Assembly (NCBI GenBank): GCA_964590575.1
Contig: CAZPWM010000021.1
Span: 1-40,335, forward strand
Source of the DNA: an uncultured archaeon
GTDB taxonomy: Archaea > Asgardarchaeota > Thorarchaeia > Thorarchaeales > Thorarchaeaceae
DNA: 40,335 nt
Direction: 5' to 3'
This document shows, piece after piece, positions 26,524-33,266 of this stretch; the first letter of the stretch is position 1; each line of letters opens with the position of its first letter. The notes beneath the pieces are model-generated. The model worked only from the letters and a program-made list of their open reading frames with translations, searched no databases and was not told the origin of the DNA. Position numbers and translations under genes: made by a program.

Positions 26524-28539
26524 TTGAGAATGACGGTGGATGAACGTATTGAACCCAGACGACGTAGGGGTACTGTACTGCTATTGTCCACTATCATCAT
26601 TTTAGGAAGCATTACTGGACTATCCATAGCACCTAATACTTATTCTGTTCCTGATTTAGCTGTGCGCGTTGCAATTATTGATTCTGGAATCAACATTAAT
26701 CAGGAGTTGAGTACCCGTGTTGTATCAGAGAAGAGCTTTGTGAACACATCATTTGGTTATCCTGACAACGATAACACGACTACAGACAGCAGTCCTGGTG
26801 GAGTGACTCACGGAACATTCATTGCAAACATCATTGCTTCTGAAGATCCTAATGCCGCATTGGTGAATGCGAAGGTAGTTGCGTCAAATGATGTTGCAAC
26901 ACCAGCTGCTATAGTTGGGGCAATCAGGTGGGCTGTTCTCGAGGAGAACTGTAGTGTTATTAATTTAAGTCTGGGTATATCACCTATCTATAACGATTCG
27001 ATAGGCGAAGCTGTTAAGTGGGCTTTCAATCAAGGTGTTTGCATTGTAGCTTCTGCTGGCAATAATGGTCAAGACGGTGTTACTGGCAGCTCTGTAGAAT
27101 CGCCAGCCATCTACCCCGAAGTGATCGCGGTAGCAGCAGTAGATGAAGCAAATAAACCATATTCCTTCTCCTCTACTGGACCTCTTCGAGACCGGATAAT
27201 GAAACCTGACATCTCAGCTCGGGGTGATTACACAGATAATGGACGAACTGTCCTTGGTACAAGCTTTGCGGCACCAATTGTCGCGGCGGGAGTTTCTAAA
27301 ATCATAGCACATTGCCTAACAAATGAATGGACTTGGACTCCTGGGATGGTAAAAGCTGCGGTGATGATTGGAGCTTTTACGCTCCCGTATGAGGAATGGC
27401 TGGTCGGAGCTGGATTGTTTGATCTTGAAACCACACTGCTCTATATCGATTTTTCACAAAAAGATAATGGGCTCCCACTTATCGCAGTGATTACTCCTTC
27501 GTCGATTCCTTTCTCTTTTGAACGGTATTTTGTCAACCACACACTGAAAATCTACATCTCCATTTTTGCTTCAAATAACACTACCTTTTCTCTGATTTAT
27601 CGAGGTGTAGCTGCAAAGTGGTTGACTGGCCCCTCCTCAATCTTTGTAAACCAGAGTAATGGGCTATTCGTGGATTTAAGAGTTGAATCCTCACACGCGT
27701 TGGAAGACCAAGAAGCCACGATTACATTCACATCGTCTGGTTATCTGACATCTAAAATTGAACTTGCTTTCGATGCACATGTTGCACTGCATGACGTGGC
27801 TTTTGATATCAGCCATACTTCTTGGTCGTTTGACTCCTCATATGGTCAGTTCAGAAAGCTCTATCGAACTTTGACACAAGTAGGCATTGCAGTTGATGAG
27901 TTGAGGTTTTCTGATAACCTGACTCCGGAAGTTCTGTCACTTTATGATGCGATTTTTGTACTTGATCCCTGCTCTTGGGCATATACGGTAAATGATTTCT
28001 CTTTTGATAGAGTAGGTCTCTATTCATATACTCCCCAAGAGCTAGCTGCTTATGTAGATTATTTTGCAAATGGTGGCAATCTTGTCTTGGTCGGACTATC
28101 GAACTCAAGCATAGATCAAAACAAGGCAAACGAATTATTTGCTCAGTTCAATATCACATTAGTAAACGACCATATCCCAGGTATCACAATAATTGTGAAT
28201 GGTGTTTCATCAACTGAATTGATAACCGAGATGAATCCACATCCAATCACTGATGATATAGATGCTATCGATTACAATGGATGTTCTCTCAACTATACTG
28301 GGACCTCATATGAGATTGCATGGGTGGATGTAGTTTGGCGAGATGAGAATGGGACTGAATATTCAGAGAGACGTTCCGTCTTGGTTGGGCTTGAAAATGG
28401 CAATGGGGGACGTCTCATAGCTTCTGGAAGTAACTTCTTCCTTGACAATTGGGCTCTAACCGGTTTATACAGATCGGACCAAAATTTGTTATTTGTGCTA
28501 CATTCGGTATACTGGCTGCTTCGTGTCTTTGAAAACTAA
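26524..28539 (+). CDS. S8 subtilase with Site-1 protease (S1P/MBTPS1)-like architecture: N-terminal anchor, S8 domain, Ig-like linker, GATase-like/DUF4350 C-domain
   Basis: Catalytic motifs VAIIDSG, THGTFIA, ASAGNNG, GTSFAAP, plus KPDI. C-domain motifs VAFDISH, GQFRKLYRTL, FANGGNLVL, ANELF-FNI, GGRLIASG-FLDN. Confidence 0.88.
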   Translation: MRMTVDERIEPRRRRGTVLLLSTIIILGSITGLSIAPNTYSVPDLAVRVAIIDSGININQELSTRVVSEKSFVNTSFGYPDNDNTTTDSSPGGVTHGTFIANIIASEDPNAALVNAKVVASNDVATPAAIVGAIRWAVLEENCSVINLSLGISPIYNDSIGEAVKWAFNQGVCIVASAGNNGQDGVTGSSVESPAIYPEVIAVAAVDEANKPYSFSSTGPLRDRIMKPDISARGDYTDNGRTVLGTSFAAPIVAAGVSKIIAHCLTNEWTWTPGMVKAAVMIGAFTLPYEEWLVGAGLFDLETTLLYIDFSQKDNGLPLIAVITPSSIPFSFERYFVNHTLKIYISIFASNNTTFSLIYRGVAAKWLTGPSSIFVNQSNGLFVDLRVESSHALEDQEATITFTSSGYLTSKIELAFDAHVALHDVAFDISHTSWSFDSSYGQFRKLYRTLTQVGIAVDELRFSDNLTPEVLSLYDAIFVLDPCSWAYTVNDFSFDRVGLYSYTPQELAAYVDYFANGGNLVLVGLSNSSIDQNKANELFAQFNITLVNDHIPGITIIVNGVSSTELITEMNPHPITDDIDAIDYNGCSLNYTGTSYEIAWVDVVWRDENGTEYSERRSVLVGLENGNGGRLIASGSNFFLDNWALTGLYRSDQNLLFVLHSVYWLLRVFEN

Positions 28540-28928
28540 AGAAGTGGAGCAATCTTTTCAGCTGCTTGGTTTGCAGCATAAACTAAGAGCCCCGTCTTCA
28601 TGCCCTTGCCAGCTGCCAATACAAGTATTGCCTTATCACCAGCACTCTTCATTATCATGAGTCCCTTTTCGTTGGTGAGGAGTATCTCTTCCAGAATTCC
28701 CTGATCCATTCTCTCAGCTGCTAGATCAGCAACACCTAGAATAGAAGCTGCCATGGCGGCAATCTCTGCTTCCTCAAGACCATGAGGTACTGCTGATGAT
28801 ATTGGGAGACCTTCTTTGGAAAGAAGCATCCATGCTCGAACTCCAGCAGCAAGTGCTGTGGCTTCTTCCATTATCTGCCTCAGCTTCCCTTGCAGCTCTT
28901 CGAAGCTTGGATCAAACATGGCAGCCAC
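28536..28928 (-). CDS. Roadblock/LC7 (MglB/LAMTOR-like) protein
   Basis: GVRAWMLLSKEGLPISS, IAAMAASIL, LEEILL-EKG, AILVL, TGLL. Confidence 0.92.
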   Translation of the reverse strand: MAAMFDPSFEELQGKLRQIMEEATALAAGVRAWMLLSKEGLPISSAVPHGLEEAEIAAMAASILGVADLAAERMDQGILEEILLTNEKGLMIMKSAGDKAILVLAAGKGMKTGLLVYAANQAAEKIAPLL

Positions 28929-29059
28929 TCGTTACTCTCTCTCTGACTAGTATGCTTTTCATTTGGAAATGCGCATTAATAAAGTTTGCATGACTAATAT
29001 ATTATAGACGCTCAGAACACTATTTCAGTGAAATTTCTTAAAGATCGAACAACAAGAAG

Positions 29060-29719
29060 GTGGGTTTCTGTTTGAATTCAACACATCGCTTAGATTCTTC
29101 AATCCCGACAGATGCAACAATCGGTTGGAAAAAAGGGGTTCGTGTTCTTGGAGTAGCTGAAAGCTTCGAAAAGACTGAAACACGGAGTATAATGGCTGGA
29201 GTTGTCATGAGGGGGGATTTGCGGATTGACGGTTTCAGTGTATGTACACCCACAGTTGGCGGGAGTAATTCCACTGAAGAGTTAGTTTCAATGTTCAGTC
29301 GCCTCAATCGTGAAGACATACGCGCTTGGATGCTCGGAGGTTCAGTGGTTTCGTGGTTCAATATTGTTGATATATCTACACTCTATGAAAAGACAGATAC
29401 TCCTGTTATTTGTGTGTCCTATCATCCTTCCGAAGGCATTGAGAAATACCTGAAGGAATACTTTCCTAAAGACTGGAAAGTCCGTTGCGATCTCCTTGAG
29501 AAGACAGGACCCCGAAAGCTCATCCAGTTGCGGACCAGCCACTCTCTCTACATCTCGGTAGCTGGTATTGGTGTTTCAAGAGCAAGAAATTTACTTGATA
29601 AGCTGACCATTGATGGAAGAGTTCCTGAACCTGTCAGAGTTGCCAGAACTATAGCTGCTGGGTTGCATCGTGACTTCATTAAGTCAGTAAAAAATGGTGC
29701 AGAATCTAAATTCGAATGA
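29060..29719 (+). CDS. DUF99 family (endonuclease V-like) protein
   Basis: KKGVRVLGVAESF, GVVMRGD-IDG, TVGG, MLGG-SWFNIVD, VPEPVRVAR. Start codon uncertain. Confidence 0.85.
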   Translation: MGFCLNSTHRLDSSIPTDATIGWKKGVRVLGVAESFEKTETRSIMAGVVMRGDLRIDGFSVCTPTVGGSNSTEELVSMFSRLNREDIRAWMLGGSVVSWFNIVDISTLYEKTDTPVICVSYHPSEGIEKYLKEYFPKDWKVRCDLLEKTGPRKLIQLRTSHSLYISVAGIGVSRARNLLDKLTIDGRVPEPVRVARTIAAGLHRDFIKSVKNGAESKFE

Positions 29720-30356
29720 TTTCTTTCAACTTGACTCCCATTCTTTTTGCATTCTCAATGTGCTCTCTGTATAGGTTCCAGAAGATATCCTCGACAAGGT
29801 CTATCTTTAGCTCCTTCAATGAAGTATAACTGTTAATGAAGAATCGATTCAAGATTTTAGGAGATACGCCAGATGTTTCAAGTGAAACCGCATGAACAAG
29901 CATATCGATTTTATCAGCTCCATGCACAATGCGAGCTTCGATACTACTTACTCCTTCCATATCCTTCCATGAATTGACAAGCCACTCTCCAAAGAACTTG
30001 CTTTTTTTTGAAATGAGTTGGATTGCTTTCTTTTCAGCTTCCTTTTTCCCTTCTTGAAGCAAGTCGCCTCCCAGGTCCACTGTCAGTCGTGGAATATCAG
30101 AGGTCATGGATTCTGGGAGATCATGAAGAGTAGCCAGCATACAAACCTTGCTAAGATCAACCCTCTCTCCTTGCTGAAGGAGTGCCTTTGAGATCATCAA
30201 TGAGATTAGTATCGTTCCATAAGAGTGCTCTCCCACAGATTCTTGTCTCACGCTGTCGACACCTGCAAGTGCCCACCCCGTGCGCCCAAGTTTTTTCAAA
30301 ATTTCACCATTTCTTGCTAAAACTATGATTTCCTGAGATATATTCAGTATGACCAC
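29706..30356 (-). CDS. HD-domain 5'-deoxynucleotidase (YfbR/HDDC2-like)
   Basis: LKKLGRTGW, ESVGEHSY, LHDLPES-SDIP, EA-IV-ADK-DM. The start lies downstream of the ORF-track start, which runs through a terminator hairpin. Confidence 0.88.
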   Translation of the reverse strand: MVILNISQEIIVLARNGEILKKLGRTGWALAGVDSVRQESVGEHSYGTILISLMISKALLQQGERVDLSKVCMLATLHDLPESMTSDIPRLTVDLGGDLLQEGKKEAEKKAIQLISKKSKFFGEWLVNSWKDMEGVSSIEARIVHGADKIDMLVHAVSLETSGVSPKILNRFFINSYTSLKELKIDLVEDIFWNLYREHIENAKRMGVKLKEIIRI

Positions 30357-30374
30357 CTCGTGATTTAGGTGTTT

Positions 30375-30407
30375 GAAAATAGAAGAAGTGGGGGTGAAAC
30401 ACCCCCA
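30375..30407 (-). terminator. Hairpin plus pyrimidine tract after the BMP gene
   Basis: TGGGGGTG(30389-30396) AAA CACCCCCA(30400-30407), then CTTCTTCTATTTT on the minus strand. Confidence 0.6.
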
Positions 30408-30423
30408 AAGAAACAACCAGCGA

Positions 30424-31587
30424 TTATTCGTCTATTAGGATCGTTCCGTTTATGATTGCCAAACGATAATCTATTGTCCTGTTAATCATTGCACCAGTGA
30501 CCCAGAATTCGTTTCGAAACTCTAACATATCTTCTAGATCTATTCCGTTGTTAGTAAGGTTACCCCCGAACTGGCTTGCAAATTCGCCGCCATAATCGGA
30601 AGCTCCTATGAAGTCATCCCAAAGCGTGGCATTGATAATTCGGTACACAGCTAAGTCTGAACGAGGAACAACACTGGTCACAACCCATGAAGGGCCAGTT
30701 CTAATATCGATATTTGGATTACCCATATAGTTCTGGTTGCCCTCTGCAGCAATCACAAATGGTTCATGATTTAATGTATTCAAAAACCAGGTAAGATTTG
30801 CATACTCCATTGCTGACCGAATACCCATGATGCTCGCCCTTACTGGAGCAAAAATAACTGATGCATTACCAATGGCGGGATTCCACATATTCTTAGCAAG
30901 ATTTTCTGCTGTTGATGAATCGTTGTAGGATCCAACGTATTGAGTTGGTAGAAGTGTGACATTTCCGAGAGTTTGATTAGCATAATCAAGACCTTGTAGA
31001 AAGCCATCAATATATTCTGCTACAACCGAATCTGCCTCCACAGAACCGATGATTCCTACGACTCCTGTTCGATTCACATTACCAACAGCCAAATAAGCTG
31101 CAAGCGTTCCTGCAAGAAATGATGCTTCTTTATACGCAAAAGTTGCGGACGCCACATTAGGCTGGTTCACAAAACCTCCAATGAATCCAAATCTCTGATT
31201 CGGATAAGCTGCCGCTACAGTATTGACTGCTGCAGCGAGACCTACCTCAGTTCCAATTACCATAATCACGTCATGGTTTCCATTGCTAGCAATGTTTTCA
31301 ATAATGGTTTCCAAATCGTCCACATCAACTGCAACCCTGAAGTCGTAATCAACAACGACTTCTACAGTGAACAGTCCTTCGTATGCCTGATCCGCCATAC
31401 TTCTATCCCCAAATCCGGGGTCGATAACAACGACTGCAATGTTTGATGGAACATATTGATTTGTCAGAAATACAAAACCGCCAACTAAGGAGAATACCAA
31501 TATCACAATTATTACTGATGAGATGATGCTAAACCTTGAGCTCAAAATTATGCCTCCATGGCCGCTAACATCGGTGCCTTTGACCAT
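30424..31587 (-). CDS. BMP family (PnrA/TmpC-like) nucleoside-binding protein with N-terminal TM anchor
   Basis: GFGDRSMADQAYEG, AAAYPNQRF, NVAS-F-EASFLAG-LAA, VVGIIG, GFLQG, YVGSYND, VVTSVV. Confidence 0.88.
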   Translation of the reverse strand: MVKGTDVSGHGGIILSSRFSIISSVIIVILVFSLVGGFVFLTNQYVPSNIAVVVIDPGFGDRSMADQAYEGLFTVEVVVDYDFRVAVDVDDLETIIENIASNGNHDVIMVIGTEVGLAAAVNTVAAAYPNQRFGFIGGFVNQPNVASATFAYKEASFLAGTLAAYLAVGNVNRTGVVGIIGSVEADSVVAEYIDGFLQGLDYANQTLGNVTLLPTQYVGSYNDSSTAENLAKNMWNPAIGNASVIFAPVRASIMGIRSAMEYANLTWFLNTLNHEPFVIAAEGNQNYMGNPNIDIRTGPSWVVTSVVPRSDLAVYRIINATLWDDFIGASDYGGEFASQFGGNLTNNGIDLEDMLEFRNEFWVTGAMINRTIDYRLAIINGTILIDE

Positions 31588-31705
31588 CGATTTAAACTTG
31601 TTGCTCTGAGACGCGAAGCACTTTCTGACTCTGTTCTTAGAAGAGCATCAGTTATAAATGCGAAAGCATGTCCAAACTCGCAGAAACAACGCGCTGGTTG
31701 ATGCT

Positions 31706-32422
31706 ATGCCAGGAGAAACATTGAGAGAGGTAGCGACCCTTCTTGAAGAAACACTAAAGGTACACCGTTCAGTAAAGACTGCTGTTCTTTGTACTAGAGA
31801 AGGTGTAGTGGTTGCTGCAGTATCTCGAGGTGGAGAAATAGATTCTCGCATAATTGCTACAGTTTCTTCTGCATTAGTATGGGGTGGAACATCTGCCCTT
31901 CATCACCTGAAAAGTTCAGGACCAACACATCTTGTTCACACAACCAGCATTGAGAGAATTCTCACAATTGTACAACCACATTATCATCTAGTCATCGTGA
32001 TATCAAGAGCTAATGATGCAGGCTTGAACCTCGACGCTCTAGTTCCTGCATTCCAGTCCATTGCCACCCGAATGGAGCTAGTGATGGGATCGACAAGTGC
32101 TTTTGGAAAACAAACTATCTTAGGTAGAATTGTTGAAGAGATACCTGAGGTCACACAGGGTGCTCTACTTACGGTTGATGGTCTTCCCCTAGGCTCTGTA
32201 GGTTTCAACGATGAGGTTGAAGTTGCTGCTTTGATGGGCGCCTTATTTGCAAATGGATTGACCTATTCAGAAGTCACTGATTCAATCTCTCTCGATGCTG
32301 CTGGACTAAGGCTTTTAATTACAAGAGTTGATGAAACCAGACTCCTAGCAGTCGTATGTCCGGGTCCACATCCCGATGATGTAGCACAAAAGGTTCGTCT
32401 GATATTGGACGGAGCAGCCTAA
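31706..32422 (+). CDS. Tandem (double) roadblock/LC7 domain protein
   Basis: Repeat 1: SVKTAVLCTREGVVVAA...IIATVSSAL. Repeat 2: PEVTQGALLTVDGLPLGS...VAALMGALF. Start ATG 31706 or 31658. Confidence 0.8.
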   Translation: MPGETLREVATLLEETLKVHRSVKTAVLCTREGVVVAAVSRGGEIDSRIIATVSSALVWGGTSALHHLKSSGPTHLVHTTSIERILTIVQPHYHLVIVISRANDAGLNLDALVPAFQSIATRMELVMGSTSAFGKQTILGRIVEEIPEVTQGALLTVDGLPLGSVGFNDEVEVAALMGALFANGLTYSEVTDSISLDAAGLRLLITRVDETRLLAVVCPGPHPDDVAQKVRLILDGAA

Positions 32423-33126
32423 TTACCACTAGTTGCTGCTTGCTCTTTTTCAATCGAGGTTTCTGTATCATCATCCTCAAACAATTGAAATTCCCAGTCT
32501 CTGAGATTGATTACAACGAAGCAGTCCTTCCCGCGTTCGGGGCAATCAATTCTGATAGTAACATGTTCTGGTGTCGACTCGCGAATTTCTGGATTGAGAC
32601 AGCCATCCTCTAGCTTCTCCATCAGGAACATGACATACGCTTCCGTAATTGTGTTCAGACTACCTTTTAGTAGCAAATCTCCAAGTTTGTCCAAGTAGTG
32701 TCGTTTCTTTCGACCTTCGCGAACGACCTTAATAAGCCCCACATCTTCCATTCTGGAGATATGCCATCTAACAGTATCATGGTGTACTCCAAGTGATTCC
32801 GCCATCTGTTCTTGATAGCACCCCTGATTATTAACGACGTAGGCGAAAACTTTCTGGGCCGTGTCGCTTCTCATGGTTAGGTATGCCATCTCTGCTTCTT
32901 GAGACCTTAACATTCTTGGATAATATAGTCGTTTTCCAGCAAATTTGATTGATTTCACAAGACCCTCACGTTCGAGAATTCTGAGGTGCCAAGTCAGAGT
33001 TCCAAGTGGGGATGAGAGGATGTCTACCAGTTCAAGGAGGTATGTGCCAGGATTCTCACATAGAACTTGGTAGAGTTCCCTCCGGAACGGATGTAGAAGC
33101 AATGCCATTCGTTTCTGTCTTCCCAT
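32419..33126 (-). CDS. Double winged-HTH (ArsR-like) transcriptional regulator with Cys-containing C-terminal domain
   Basis: HPFRRELY-ENPG-L-WHL-LEREGLV and a second HTH NQG-QEQMA-TVRWHI-GLI. Tail GCLNP...IDCP...DC. Probable start ATG 33126. Confidence 0.88.
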   Translation of the reverse strand: MGRQKRMALLLHPFRRELYQVLCENPGTYLLELVDILSSPLGTLTWHLRILEREGLVKSIKFAGKRLYYPRMLRSQEAEMAYLTMRSDTAQKVFAYVVNNQGCYQEQMAESLGVHHDTVRWHISRMEDVGLIKVVREGRKKRHYLDKLGDLLLKGSLNTITEAYVMFLMEKLEDGCLNPEIRESTPEHVTIRIDCPERGKDCFVVINLRDWEFQLFEDDDTETSIEKEQAATSGN

Positions 33127-33266
33127 GGCGTGGTCCTCTCTTCTCTCTTCAAAGAAAAGAGAGAATCGGCGATATAATTGCTTCGCCTCTGTGAGTTCAA
33201 TCGAATTTTGGTGCAGTTGTCCCCCGTACATAAGTCTTAATTACTAATCACCGATGTTCAGCCTCG

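Noticed and set aside
33127-33266. glmS ribozyme upstream of glmS
   Set aside because: Only about 140 bp shared with a divergent gene, and no recognisable ribozyme core.
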